In this document: positions 26,518-40,891 of the stretch, piece by piece
Position numbering within the stretch: position 1 is the stretch's first letter
Layout: each line of letters begins with the position of its first letter
Assembly (NCBI GenBank): GCA_951406725.2
Contig: OX597825.1
Location: 79,546,001 to 79,610,000, forward strand
Origin: Octopus vulgaris
Lineage: Eukaryota
Reading direction: 5' to 3'
DNA length: 64,000 bases
Position numbers and translations under genes: made by a program
The notes under the pieces: model-generated
Databases searched by the model: none
Told to the model about the DNA's origin: nothing
What the model saw: the letters and a program-made list of their open reading frames with translations, nothing else

Positions 26518-27799
26518 AGATTACCTGCATAGCAAGTGATTTGATCTGAGATATGAAACGAAAACAATTATGGAAGGTGTTTGTATTTAAGAAACACAAA
26601 AGCCGTTCGATTCACTTCAACATTTAATCAAAATATAAGACCGCGACCTGTTCATGACATACATACATATATATATATATATATACATGTTTGGATTGAT
26701 GAAAGGGGAAACAAGAACTCAATACACGTGTCAGAGTTTGTTTTGTTTTGATTTTATTCCTTCGAAGCTTAGAGTTAAACAAAATGGCAGCCATGCGTTT
26801 CGCGCTTTGAACGTTCGCACAAGCGAAAAATTCAGATTTGCTTTCGTCAACATCAAAATATGAATGCTTGTGTGTGCGCGTGTGTGTGTGTGTGCGTGCG
26901 CGCGTGTGTGTGTGTGCGTGTGCGCGTATTATTTGAAAAAAGGCGTTGAATCATCATTTTTTTATTCGTTCATCCAGGGACATTAAATGCATTGATCTCA
27001 TCTGAGTGGGAGGTCTTAGAGAAGGTCACGGGGGGCACCACTCCTTTCTTTCGCTGACTAATTATTAAAAGAAAACAGTGTCACTCCTTGCCCCACCCCC
27101 CACCCCCACACCTCAAATACTCTCCGCATCTAACCAGGCCCAGTGTCAAACGCCAAGATTTCTTGCACCGATAAAGTACTGAACTTAAAGTAAGCTGTGA
27201 CGTGGTGGTGGTGATGTGGTGGTGGTGGTTGTGGCGGTGGTAGTTGTGGCACTGGTGGTGGTGGTGGCGGTGGTGGTGGTGGTGGTGGTGGTGGTGGTGG
27301 TGGTGGATTATGGCTCTGGGTTTGTTGGGTTCTGGTAAAAACATTAAACAGTCCCTTAGAACAGGCGTTGTCCTCATTTTGGTGAAGATAGGACGACGTC
27401 AACAACAGCACCACCAACAACAACAACAGCAGCAGTTAGAATAGCAACAACAACAACAAAAACAATTACTACAGAAGCATTAAACAACAACAACAAAAAA
27501 CAAAAACAATTACTACAGAAGCATTAAACAACAACAACACACAATAAGTTCCTCGTTATTCAAAGAGGACACTTTTAAGAGGATACAGTGAGTCATGTGT
27601 GTGTGTGTGTATGTGCGTGTTTGCGTGTCTTCTTGTGTGTGTGCGTGTGCTTATGTAACTATATGAGTGCGTGTGCAATGTGTGTGCATGTGCGTGTATG
27701 TGTATGTGTGTATGTGTGTGTGTGTGTGTGTGTATGTGTGTGTGTGTGTGTGGATATGTGCATAGGAGTGAGGGCGACTGTACGTTTGTGTTTCCGCAC

Positions 27800-28045
27800 G
27801 AGTACGTATATGAGTACGTCCATGTACTCGTATATGAGTACGTCCATGTACCCAGATATGTGTATGTATGTATTTGTGTGAATGTGAGTCGTGTGTGAGT
27901 GTGTGTGTGTGTGTGTGTACGACTATATGCGTGTGTATGGGTCTGTGTATGTGTATATGTGTATATGGGCTCCATGTACCCGTATATGAGTACGTCCATG
28001 TACCCAGATATGAGTACGTCCATGTACCCAGATATGGGTATGTAT
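27800..28045. repeat. 24-bp minisatellite (tatgagtacgtccatgtacccaga) within a larger duplication
   Basis: Two clusters of 2-3 units embedded in (TG)n-rich DNA. Confidence 0.8.
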
Positions 28046-28810
28046 GTATTTCTGTGAATGTGAGCCGTGTGTGTGTATGTGTATGTGTGTGAGCATGTGC
28101 GTCTATGTTCATGTGTGTGTGTGTACGACTATATGTGTGTGTAAGTGTATATGTGTATATGGGCGCGTCTACACGTGTATGGGTGTTTCCGCGCATTTGT
28201 GTAAATACGCACATGTATGGATCCGAATATAAGCGCGTGCGTGCGATGTGTGTGTTTACGACAATATGACTATGTGCATAGTGTGTGTGTGTGTGTGTAC
28301 AAGTCTGTGGATGCGTTAGTTTGCATGTATGAGTGAGTTAGACCGTGTGTCTGTGAGTCTTTCTGCATGAGTGCGTGTATGTATTTCGGATATGAGCGGG
28401 TATGTACGTATGTATCTATAGGTACGTGCATACGTGTGCATGTATGTGTGTGTACGTGCATATGTGTGTATGTATGTATATATGTGTGTGTGTGTGTGTG
28501 TATGTGTGTGTGTAGTGAATGTAGGGTGCAGTTATGTTTGTGTCTCAGCGTTTGACAACCGGCGTTTGTTTGTTTACATGCCCGGTAACATAGCGGTTTG
28601 GCACGAAATATCCGATGAAATAAGTATCCTTCGAGGCAGTGCCCACCCCATCAGGCATGACCTCAACCCAAGAACTGAAAAAAAGTAATAAATAAATAAA
28701 TAAAGAAAGAAAGAAACAAATTCATGAATATCAGAATCGAACATACAGTGCCATGGAAACATTTGCAAGTCCAAAGTCGGAAATAAATTTAGTTAGGATA
28801 ATGTCTGGGA

Positions 28811-28889
28811 CAGAAGTTCGCAACCTGGGGTCCGCCGATCCCTGGTGGTCCGCAAATGTAGTACTGGGGGTCCGTGAACTAAATTCAAA

Positions 28890-28926
<37 letters not shown>

Positions 28927-29079
28927 CGGGAAGCTTTATGAAAATAGACAAAAGACGAAGGCAGGTGAAAACAAACAAACAATTGTATTAGTATGGGCTC
29001 AGGAAATATAAATAAAACAATATATATATTTATATATATATATATAAACGTATTATATATATATATATATATATAAACG

Positions 29080-29148
<69 letters not shown>

Positions 29149-29425
29149 TTTATATATGCATGTATAAATACATGTAGATGTAGGTACGTACATATATGTT
29201 TGTATGTATGCATATATTTTTATTTATCACCTAATTGTCTGACAGCACCCCGCATCAGGTTCGTTCCGATTCGTCGTTTCGGTCCTTGGTTCCTTTTTTT
29301 ATATTATATATATATATATATATATAAGGATAGGCATATTAAAAGGGGTCCGTGAGAAAAGTCATTTAAATATAAAGGTTGGGAGCCACTGTTGGAAGCC
29401 GCTGTGAAAAGTTTGGGAACCACTG
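28811..29425. mobile_element. hAT Charlie-like MITE with reiterated right end
   Basis: cagaagttcgcaacc / gtttgggaaccactg; 8-bp TSD gtctggga/gtctagga; three successive right-end-like motifs at 29377-29425. Confidence 0.75.
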
Positions 29426-29637
29426 GTCTAGGATAATGGCAGGCAAGAGCGACCTTTATCGAGATGTTGACCGCAAGTGATGCGGTTCGGCATCAGATGA
29501 GCATTTCTACGGAAGAAATGTCGCTGAGTGTTTTGTCCGTCGCACTAACTATTCTGCCAGCTCACCATCTTAGGAAATTTGATAACGATTAACAGAATCT
29601 GAGAGGGACGGACCAAATGCGTTGCAGTAATAAGTTA

Positions 29638-29869
29638 AGGCGGCGAGCTGGCAGAATGGTTAGCACGCCGGGCGAAATGCTTAGCCGTATTTTGTTTGCC
29701 GTTACGTTCTGAGTTCAAATTCCGCCGAGGTCGACTTTGCCTTTCATCCTTTCGGGGTCGATTAAATAAGTACCAGTTACGCACTGGGGTCGATATAATC
29801 GACTTAATCTGTTTGTCTGTCCTTGTTTGTCCTCTCTGTGTTTAGCCCCTTGTGGGTAGTAAAGAAATA
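29638..29869 (+). mobile_element. SINE family B, young, with TSD
   Basis: aggcggcgagctggcagaa..; TSD agtaataagtta at 29626-29637 and 29870-29881; sits inside an older, diverged family-B-like copy. Confidence 0.9.
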
Positions 29870-30836
29870 AGTAATAAGTTACGTTCAAATCTCCTCTCGA
29901 TTCGAATTTGATTTTCATTGTCACGGGGTCTAAAAAAGATATTGTACCGGTCAAGTAGTAAGGAGCGATTGAAACTGGTCAAAGCCTAGAATGAAACGAT
30001 TGAACGCAGCTGTTCGGACACTAACGATTTATCAAGGCTGACTGGACATTCAACCTGTTTTGGAAACAAGACATTTTATGCCAGAGACACACATACGCGT
30101 TCGCCCAGAAATATACAATTAGAAAAGAGAGAAAAGAAAGAGAGCGACATTACACTTTATTAATTAAACACGACTGACCTAAACACTTTCCATTTCCTCA
30201 CACACACAAAGAGAAATATACCCATAGATATAAACAGAGAGAGAAAGAGAGGGCAGGAGGGAGAGAGGGGCAGAGAGAACGAGAAAAACGTTAAAAAACA
30301 ATGACTGATGTCAAATAAGGCAGCGTCGAATCAGCGACGCCAAATTGGCGGCGCCGAAACGTCACTAAGCCGTCCAAATCGGTTGCTTCTTCTGGGATTA
30401 TTTTGAAAATTTCACTGTTTTCATTTGCATCTCATCTGTATTTGTGTAATTGTGAATTACTTCAATTATCCGCAGTTGTGTTTTTTTATTGCATATTTAC
30501 AAAAAAAAAAAAAGCAGTTTGTAAAAGCCAAGAAGTTTGTAAGCTCCGTAGGGTTTCGTCGGTCGTAAATTTCTGTATTGTTTTCAAATTGTTTAAATAG
30601 CGAAATCTTAAATACAATGAAGCTGTCGAAAATCATGGCAAATAAAACGGACGACCGTCGTAAGTTGAAGGGGAGAACGACAGGAAGACGTGACTAGACT
30701 CGCGTTGGAATTGAAATTGTTAAACAACAAAATATTTGGTGTATTTCTTTTATTGGTTTTAGTCATTGGACTGGGGCGCCACCTATTAGGTTTTATACGC
30801 ATACACCACACACACACATATGCATTCATACATGCA

Positions 30837-30874
<38 letters not shown>

Positions 30875-31158
30875 CATTCATACATGCACACACATACATA
30901 CGTATACACACATACACACACGTACATATATATATTGACGCATACATACATGCATACATACTTAAATACATACGCACGTAAATACATATATTGTACACAC
31001 ACACACAAACACACACAAACACACATACACACACACACACACACATACACACACACACACACACACACAACACACACACACACACAATATTCTTAGAATC
31101 ATACATACGCACAAATACACACACACATATATATAGATTACATAAATGCGTACATATT

Positions 31159-31192
<34 letters not shown>

Positions 31193-33389
31193 TATTTGTA
31201 TATATATATATGAAAGTGGGAGTACAGAAAGAGAGAAAGAGAGAGAGAGAGATAAGGACTACTCCCAATGTATTTGTAAAATTATGCACAAGTCTGGAGC
31301 TTTACAAAACTTTAAAAGAAAAGCGTAAGCAAATTCTGAATAAATGAATTGTTACTATTTTCAATGTAACAAACGTCAACCTCTGACAGAAAAAGGGAAC
31401 AAGGACATCTGCATTTGGTAGACATGTATATTATACTAGAAAGGGAAAACTGTATTATGTGACAGTCATACATTTAAGTAATGCAAATGATGAAGGTTTC
31501 AGCATTGAATGAAGGCTATTTAGCAAACACACTGCACAAAAAAATGCACTGCCCCAACACAGACGATCTTTTCCTTTTTGCCTTTGTAATGATAATCCTA
31601 CAATTAAGAACCAGGGGTGATTTCGATTAAAAGAAATCTTTGAACTAAACAAAATGAATAATTTATTAATGAATATTCTAAGAGTATGTGGGAAAACGAT
31701 TTAGTTTGGTCTCTTTGCATTCCAAGTTCAAATCCATCTTTTGTGGTCAGTATGAAAAGCATAAATCAATTATTTTTTTCCCTCTTATTTCCATTCCGTT
31801 CTGTATTTTACATCGTTCTCGGCGTTGCATTAACCATTAAGCAAAATAGGCACGTGCATAGGGCATCATCGGAAGTGGCGGCACCAAAGAAATGGTAAAT
31901 GGTGCACGGGACAAAAGAACCATGTTAAACTTGCTAAAATAATATTCAGAATGCCACATCTCTACTAAATATAGAAGCAGTTGAGTTATGTAAGATAAAT
32001 TTTAAGGATCTAATCAAAGTGTTGCAATTAAAAAGAAGCAGAGAAAACTTTTCCAATATAACGAAAATGGAATTGTGGAAATATAGACAATATCTTCCAT
32101 CTTACGGTTAATTTGGTTTCATTTTGAAAAATAAAATTTATTTTATGGCTTATTACTGTTTATACTTTGAATTATATATCAGGGCACCAGCATCTTTTAA
32201 GTGATTAGGTGATTAGGGTCCCTATGCTTTCTAATTCGGCCCCGATGAACTTTTTAGTAGAATCTTTTTTTTTTTTTTTTTCCGAACAGTTTGTTAATTA
32301 TTTGCTCGACTCTTCTACATCTCTGAAGAATGGGACGCTGTGAGTAATGCTTCATGGTCTTCCTCACTGCGGGAAATCAAGTTTTTTGGATGCAATTTCA
32401 AATTACTGCCACAACAATTCTAGTCTTCCCTTTTAGCAGCGATTTACTACTAAGGATATTTTCATCAATAATGTCTCGGAAAAAATAATGTCCCTGCTAA
32501 ATGCAAGATTGACCAGAGGGCAAGATGAGAAACTTGCAAAAATTGTAACTGGAAGGCAGCTCGCAGAAGAATTGAAACTAACAGTAAATGCGAAACTCGC
32601 CGTGAACAGAATACTACGAGACAGACTAGAGATAGACAACTGGAGATGATTAGTGAACAGTAAGCTTACGTTCAACAGAATTTCTGCTCGACAGATTACG
32701 CACAGACACACTGAAGATCTACAGCAGCACCAGGTCGGGTAAAAAGCCCAGGCAAAAGCAGAGGTTAGATCTTATTTTAACACACATGAGTATCGGGTGG
32801 AGAAAGACGCCTAAAACTATGATCCTGGGCGTGGTTATGCTTCCGAACAAATTGTAAAAAATGCATAGCCAAGAATTAAAAACAAGTGACGACAGCAATG
32901 TGCTGCTCTTGTAGAGAAGTTAATCTGTCAGGCTTTGCTAATCCACCAGAGCCCCACCCCAGCAACAAACAGCTTATAAATGTCACTTTTAAAGAATTCA
33001 GATATTTTTGCAGAACTTCAGAAAAAAAAACTCTGCAGTCTGCGTGATTTATTTTGGAGCATACAACATCAGAGAAGAAAGTTTCATGTCAGCTTTTAGA
33101 ATGCAACGGTAATTGTATAAGTTTGGATCACTTTAGCGGGCCTCTCGAGTGCAGATACTCCGTATCTGAAGATGTTTTAGAAATGCCGTCACTTCAGGTA
33201 CAAACGGCTCCGCCATTCAGAAACTTCAAGTGACGCTCACGCCAATGAAAGAAAACTATGACAGAACTTTCAAGTCTCCATTGGTGTCCGTTGTCTCCGT
33301 TGGAAATTTAAAATTCTCATTGAGGAATATAAGAAACTTTGTGGAGAACATGCAATGCAGTTTCAGACTGCAATGACATTGCTGTCATA

Positions 33390-33452
<63 letters not shown>

Positions 33453-33455
<3 letters not shown>

Positions 33456-33957
33456 GTGAAATCTATCATCCTTCCAAATTATAGCTGGGATGTTGTCGGG
33501 ACCAAATGCTTTCGAGGCTTTCAGTTGTTTAGTGGCTGCTGTTAGTTCAAATATGGTAAAAGGGGAGGTGTTGATGTCCAGCGTATCTGATATAGGCACA
33601 CTTGGAAGAGTGGGGTTATCAGGGATTTTGGCATTCTTCCTAAGAAGTTTTTTAAAATGAATTGACCAATTTTCTAAACGCTTCTTAGCTGATCCCCCTT
33701 TAATTCTAATTGATGACCCAGACTTTTTGCCTGAAAGGTCTTTGATGGATTTCCAGGCGAGATGGTGTTTTTTACTAATGTACTCTTTAGATAGGTTGCT
33801 AATTTTGCCGTTTACAAAGTCGACCTCGGCGTTCAAGTAAGCAACATCAAGATTCTTCTTGGCAGTTATAAGTTGGATCTTCAGTGACTGGGATGGAGAA
33901 CGGTGGTAAGCTAGAGATATAGACTTTAGATGGTTTCTGGCTTCGATGACATTTGGA

Positions 33958-33958
<1 letters not shown>
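33453..33958 (-). mobile_element. Internal LINE ORF2 fragment (just upstream of the RT domain)
   Basis: ..FTIFELTAATKQLKASKAFGPDNIPAIIWK contains the KAxGPDxIP motif; bounded by (CA)n and (TA)n. Confidence 0.85.
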
Positions 33959-34015
<57 letters not shown>

Positions 34016-34239
34016 TATGGAAGCACTCCGTCGGTTACGATGATGAGGGTTCCGGTTGATCCGAATCAACGGAACAGCCTGCTCGTGAAATTAACGTGTA
34101 AGTGGTTGAGCACTCCACAGACACGTGTACCCTTAACGTAGTTCTCAGGGATATTCAGCGTGACACAGAGAGTGACAAGGCCGGCCCTTTGAAGTACAGG
34201 TACAACAGAAACAGGAAGAAAGAGTGAGAGAAAGTTGTG

Positions 34240-34314
<75 letters not shown>

Positions 34315-34675
34315 TCACAACTTTCTCAGCAGTGACCAGAATGTAGCGCTTCTTACCAACTTGCGGCCGCACACATATATAGAACAGTACACACACACAT
34401 GTCTCTAAGTAGATTTTGGCTCGCCCCATATAATACACCTAATATTCTTTAAATAGTCAGAACTTTAGTCTCGGTCACAAAGAACATCTACGCACTCCGT
34501 GCCCTCACCAACCGGAATGACCGCTGCCTGACCCGTTAAAATCCTCAACGCACCCACCACCAGTTTTCAACATACATTGATAAACAGTTTGGCCATGGGC
34601 TCTTAGGAGCCTCGTTCGATTTGTTTTGCTCCGCCTCTGTTCTGTTTTTGTTTATTCCAACGGATTTCCTATTTC

Positions 34676-34755
34676 TTCCTGAAGAGAAAGACACAATATG
34701 GTCTCATTATTCATTCGGAATTTGGTAAATTGTGCCTTTCGAAACACGTGTAGAA
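34676..34755 (+). ncRNA. Type-I hammerhead ribozyme with fully canonical core
   Basis: ttc-CTGAAGA-[gaaagacacaat..attgtgcctttc, 11/12 bp stem II]-GAAA-cacgtg-T-A-gaa; palindromic ACACGTGT stem III, GUA triplet, AATAAA at 34759-34764. Confidence 0.75.
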
Positions 34756-35345
34756 TGCAATAAAACGATTTCTGTTCAATCTTCGTTCAACTCCATTTCT
34801 TCAATTCACTAATAATATTAAAATTCAATTATCCGCACCAACGCACGGTTGCAACACCATATGGTTGTACCTCCAACCGTGCTGTCTTCTGCTGTGATTT
34901 TTGCTACCAAGGTATCGGTTAAACTTTTGATTAATCTGCAACAAGATTATTCATCTTTCTATTTCACAAAAAATATATATATATATATATATATACATAC
35001 GTGTGTGACTTAATGTTTGTGTTGAGGATCCACCACCGGTGGTGGTTTCTTTACTTTCTCGTAACCTAGCGGTTCGGCAAAGCGTTCGAGAGAATAAGTT
35101 TCAGGTTAAAAATTAAAAATAAAAGGTATTTGAGTCGATTTGTTCGACTAAACCTATTGAAGGCGATACCCCAGCATGGCTGCAGTCCAATGACTGAAAA
35201 TGGTAAAAGTTGTAATCTGAAAACAGGAAAATGTGAAGCGAAATTCAAAATAGACAGAAAGATTGAAGTGGTTGGAAAATCACTTGAAAACCCATTGAAA
35301 CCAGAAAAAAAAAGTCAAACTGTTGTGTGTGGTTCTCTGAATGGA

Positions 35346-35752
35346 GTTAGTTAGTTAGTTAATTTGGCTCAAAAGCAAATAGCAAGGCCATGTAGGGGGA
35401 CATGGAGTTAAGTACAGGGTGGTGTTCATGTAAAGAGTTCAGGCCACTTGAGGTCAAGGGAGACTTTGAACAAAGCGGTCGTCGGCATCTTCACCATCTC
35501 GTCTGGCAGCTTGTTCCACGGATCCGCAACCCGGACGGAGAAAGCTCCTCTCCTTCGATTGAGATGAAATCGTCGCAGGTAGAGCTTTTCGGAATGACCC
35601 CGCAGCCGACGCTCTGGAGCAGGAGTGAAGAACAGCTCTTTTGAGAGGTTACACTTTCCGCTTATGATGTTGTGAGCAAGAATGAGATCACCACGGCGGC
35701 GTCGTTTTTCTAGAGAATAAAGGTCGAGCGTCCTCAGCCTTTCTTCATAAGG
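35346..35752 (-). mobile_element. CR1/L2-clade LINE 3' end
   Basis: PYEERLRTLDLYSLEKRRRRGDLI..RGHSEKL..FSVRVADPWNKLP is the CR1-type ORF2 C-terminus, with a short (CTAA)n tail. Confidence 0.9.
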
Positions 35753-36171
35753 TTGAAAGGTTGTCATCAATAGAAAATACTCGAAAATAAACGACAAGCT
35801 GTGAGTGCATCTAGACTTCCAGGAATAAAAATGTGTTGGACGTCATCAAAGAGAGAAAAGCTAAAATATTTGATTTAACAGAAAAAGAGAGAAAGATGTA
35901 CGGAAAAATTAGAGAAGGTAAAAATTTCCGTTTTTTTTTTGCCTATAATTGAACAGATTATTTTATTCATGGTTTTCTTTTTATGGGTTTTTTCCACAAG
36001 CATCCCTATTGAGGATTACACACTGTTGATTTCTTTCTTTCTTTCGTTCTTTCTTATGATTTTGCTAGTCTTGTTTACACGCAAAACCCTCACAACACAC
36101 ACACATTCTTTATTTTGTCCTGTACTGTCCATGTTTTTCTTATTGTTAATAAAGAAATTATAATAATAATG

Positions 36172-36305
<134 letters not shown>

Positions 36306-36316
36306 CATTATTATTA

Positions 36317-36347
<31 letters not shown>

Positions 36348-36543
36348 CATTATTATTATTATTATTTAGGGAATAACTTCCTTCATATTGTATAACAAAC
36401 GCTGCTAAAAGTACCGGCTAACTTCTGTGTGTGCGTGTAATAAAACGCTTGGTGTCCCTTAGCGACATCAGTTCCCTCGGTGTTATACATTCTTTCCTAA
36501 TCCTATCTCTCTGTATAACACACACACCCATGCATGCACATAT

Positions 36544-36588
<45 letters not shown>

Positions 36589-37271
36589 AAAGTATTTATA
36601 GTCAACAAACCAGAATCTCGATCTACAAGAAAGCGCAGCCAAATCTTCCTCAAGCGATTATTGTGTGCGCATATTATCATTTGGAAAATGACGTAATGGC
36701 CATCTATGGAATGCCTTTGATCTAAAAAAAATATCTTTTTTTTTATTGGAAGAGTGGATTTCAAAGCAACTAAAGCTATAAATTACAACGTGTGAATAAT
36801 GGGTTAAAGGAGTTTTTTGATCCAATACTTACACATTATTTATAGCTTTAACTGCTTCAAAATTCACCGTTCCAAAACAAAAACAAAAAAGTTATTTCAC
36901 GTTCACTCGAAGTCTATAAATTATTATGACGTCATCAAAATAGATCCTAGTGTTTTATCAGGGCTAAAGTGGGGAGGCGGTTGCTTGACGGTAACCGCTA
37001 GAATAGTGTTTGAGTAACAAAGGTATGTAGCCATTTTCAGCAGTTTAAGCAAGGAATACGAGGCCTTCATTCATGACCGACCATTCAGCTGTTTATTTTA
37101 CATACAAACATTACCCACTGCTTTCCTCGAGCTGAAGAAAAGTTCTTCGTGTTCGCTCAACCTAGAAGAAAAAAACAATCAAATCCCCTTCAAATCACAC
37201 TTTAGCTTTTCTACAATTTTGTACATAATAACTAGGTAGTAAGTAGTGCAGATAGACATAATTAGGTTTCG

Positions 37272-37314
<43 letters not shown>

Positions 37315-37439
37315 ACACACACAGGTTTGGTGATGCAAACAAGAAACGTAGAATTCAAAACATAAGTATATGTGCCTGGTAAGTGCTAACGTACGAAACT
37401 CTCGACCCTTAAGTCGCTCTGTAGCACCTAGAGAGTTAC

Positions 37440-37727
37440 CCTCCCAGGCACAAGTCTGGGCATGGTTGTTTATGGAAGACCAGCAGTTGCCCATGCATAC
37501 CAGCCTCCCCTCTCCACGCCACCAGTGTTATCCAAGGGAAAGGCAAAGGGGCCGATACAGCTTGGCACTCGTGACGTCGCAACTCATTTCTACAGCTGAG
37601 TGAACTGGAGCAACGTGAAACAAAGTGTCTTGCTCAAGAACACAACACGCAGCCCGGTCCGGGATTCGAGCTCACAACCTCACGATCGTAAGCTCGACGC
37701 TCTAACCACTGAGCCATGCGCCTTCAC
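37440..37727 (-). mobile_element. tRNA-derived SINE, minus strand
   Basis: Minus-strand head gaaggcgcatggctcagtggttagagcgtcgagcttacgatcgtgaggttgtgagctcgaatccc. Confidence 0.8.
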
Positions 37728-38274
37728 GACATACATACATACATACACACATATATATATAATGTATGCATGTATGCATATATATACATATAATGTATGT
37801 ATGTATGCATATATATATATATAATGTATGTATGCATATATATATATATGTATGTATGTATAGTGTGTGTGTGTGTATGAGAGAAAGAGTTTGTGTGCGT
37901 GTGTGAGAGAGGTTTTGTGTGTGTGTGTGTTTGTGTGTGTGTGGTAAAATGAACACCAAAAAGAACGCGACGTAGGAAAAAACAAAGATTGATAAACAAT
38001 GTATTAAGCTTTAACACATTTAATGGAAAGAGAAAGTGCATTATTAACGCTTCGGACGTTAGTGCTTTAGCAGAAGAAAGAAAGTGACAGGGTAGCATAA
38101 AGGAAGCGAGAAAGGGAACTAATCAGTGAAAAAAAAGGCACAGAGAAAAAAGTTAGAAACCATGCGGGACCGTTGTTCTGAAGGGGGAGTGAATAAGGGA
38201 GGAAAACGGGATATAGATGTAAGTATTAGTGTGTATCGGAGCAGACATAAGTGGGAGTAGGGTGTGTTAGTGTA

Positions 38275-38379
<105 letters not shown>

Positions 38380-39097
38380 AAATTAAGAGGAATGACCACT
38401 AAAGTGGACACCCTATATGCTAAACGTAGACGTCAAATCGCCATTACCACGAAGAATGTGTTCTCAAGAAAAAAATCTCAGTAAAACGCCAAAATTTTAA
38501 AATGAGCAAGACAAATGAAAACATACGAAATAAAAACGATTACCTACGTACCATTGGTTTCACTTGTTAATATCCACGTATATAAACACGTAGATATCTG
38601 CAAGATCATCCAGAACTAGATACAGAACGCTCAACCGAAATCGAACATGTATAAAGTTCTACAAAGTATATTTGTGTGTATTTTTTCAAATGCCTTCACT
38701 TTGGCGTGCTGAGGCCAGAAATTACTCTGCAGTTAATAAATTTCAGCAGCTAATTTACTGGTTAGAGAACATTTTTTTATTTAAAATTAAATAATAAGAG
38801 TAGAAATATACACCGCCGGAAGTTGTTGTTGACAAACAACAGCAGTAATTTTATTCAGCTGAATACACGTCATTGATTGGTTGAAATTGCCGAAATACTA
38901 CAACTTTAGCAAGAAATAACTTCCAAAATACAGAATTTTCTCAATAACGCCAAGAGTAAAAGAGGTTTTATATGACACATTCTACCAGTATACGAAGTTT
39001 GAAAGTGTTTAGTTACAAAAAATTATTTTTTAAATCTGTCGGTCAAATGGTAAAGATCCTATTAATATAATATTATATTATCATTATACTTTTTTGC

Positions 39098-39505
39098 TAC
39101 TTGTTTCAGTCATTCGACTGTGGCCATGCTGGAGCACCGCCTTTAGTTAAACAAATCGACCCCAGGACTTATTCTTTGTAAGCCTAGTACTTATTCTATC
39201 GGTTTCTTTGCCGAACCACTAAGTTATGGGGACGTAAACGCACTAGCATTGGTTGTTAAGCAATGCTGGTGGGGGGGGGGGGGACAAACAGACATACAAA
39301 CACACACACACGCATACACACACGCACAAAAATATATATATATACGACGGGCTTCTTTCAGTTTCCGTCTATCAAATCTGCTCACAAGGCTTCGGTCAGC
39401 ACGAGGCTATAGTAGAAGACACTTGCCTAAGGTGCCACGCAGTGGGACTGAACCCGGAACATGTGGTTGGTATGCAATCTACTTACCATACAGCGACTCC
39501 TGCGG
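39098..39505 (-). mobile_element. SINE family A, full length, minus strand
   Basis: Reverse complement of the 13436-13850 consensus. Confidence 0.85.
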
Positions 39506-39745
39506 CTATTATATATAATTTATATATATTTTCTTTCAGTAATTTTATAAATATTGGAAAAGTATTGCATATAAATAAATAGTTGATATACTCAAAGTAT
39601 GTTTTTTCCGAACATGCACAGGCATATTTATATAATAAATATTGATTTACACCATTGATTACCATCTCTAAAACTAAGCAGGACTCTGGTACCTCATTTA
39701 TTTTATATATTGTTATCATTATATATATATTATATTATATTATGC

Positions 39746-40050
39746 GGAGGCACAATGGCCTAGTGGTTAGGGCAGCGGACTCGCGGTCGCAGGATCGCGT
39801 TTTCGATTCCCAGACCGGGCGTTGTGTGTGTTTATTGAGCGAAAACACCTAAAAGCCCCACGAGGCTCCGGCAGGGGTTGGTGATCCCTGCTGTACTCTT
39901 TCACCACAACTTTCTCCCACTCTTTCTTCTGTTGGCCTGCTCGCTTAGCCAGCGGGGTGGCGTCATTCGAAGGCTAAAACAATGCGAACGCATTGTGACC
40001 AGCGATGTGTAACAAAATCTGATGGTCTGGTCGGTCACGTGATCACGTGA
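39746..40050 (+). mobile_element. tRNA(Arg-like)-derived SINE
   Basis: ggaggcacaatggcctagtggttagggcagcggactcgcggtcgcaggatcgcgttttcgattccc; relatives at 40390-40692 (-) and 57541-57845 (+). Confidence 0.8.
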
Positions 40051-40235
40051 TATATATTATTAAAATAGTCAGTGACCGTTTTCCACTAAAATGCATTTGA
40101 ATTGATATTATTGGAGACATATAGAAACATTTCGACAGTTGTGGGTTTTCTCACGCTCCTAAACATAAGTATTTTGAATCAGCATTTTGCAATCTGGCAG
40201 CCCTCTTACATGGAATTTCGTCTGTCTTTTGAACC

Positions 40236-40320
40236 AAATCCCCGAAGAGACTTATATACATGGATATGAATTGTTTATGAATCAAATAATGTATATAAGT
40301 CGAAACAAATTGTTGGCTTT
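40236..40320 (+). ncRNA. Hammerhead-like motif with U4C core variant and perfect 13-bp stem II
   Basis: cc-CCGAAGA-gacttatatacat..atgtatataagtc-GAAA-caaattg-T-T-gg. Confidence 0.6.
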
Positions 40321-40814
40321 TTTGGTTTTTTAATAATTTTTTGTTATATTATATTTTATTGTCATCGTCATCATCCTTTAGAAGGAACAGTTGTTTGTTC
40401 CTTCACGAGCCACGCCTGGCTCATAAGGGCCGGTTTCCCGGATTCCTTGGCGTATAGGTTCCCCACCTGGACGGCACGCCGGTCCGTCGCAGGTGAACTG
40501 CAAGATGCAGGAGGGAAGAGTGAGAGAAAATTGTGGCGAAAGAGTCAGTAGAAGTTTGTCATTACCTTCTGCCGGAGCCGCGTAGAGCTTAGGTGTTTCA
40601 CTCATAAACACACACATCGCCCGGTCTGAAATTCGAACCCCCGATCCCTCGACAGCGAGTTCGCTGCTCTAACCACTAGACCATGTGCCTCCACATATTT
40701 TATTGTAATATAAATAAATTGTTGGATTATCAATTGCATTTCTCTATTTAACTTATTGTTTATACATACATACATACATACATACATACATACGTATCTC
40801 TATCTATCTATCTA

Positions 40815-40891
<77 letters not shown>

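Noticed and set aside
29240-29290. ctgatg/gaaac fragments suggesting another hammerhead
   Set aside because: The core is incomplete and the stems cannot be formed in the required order.
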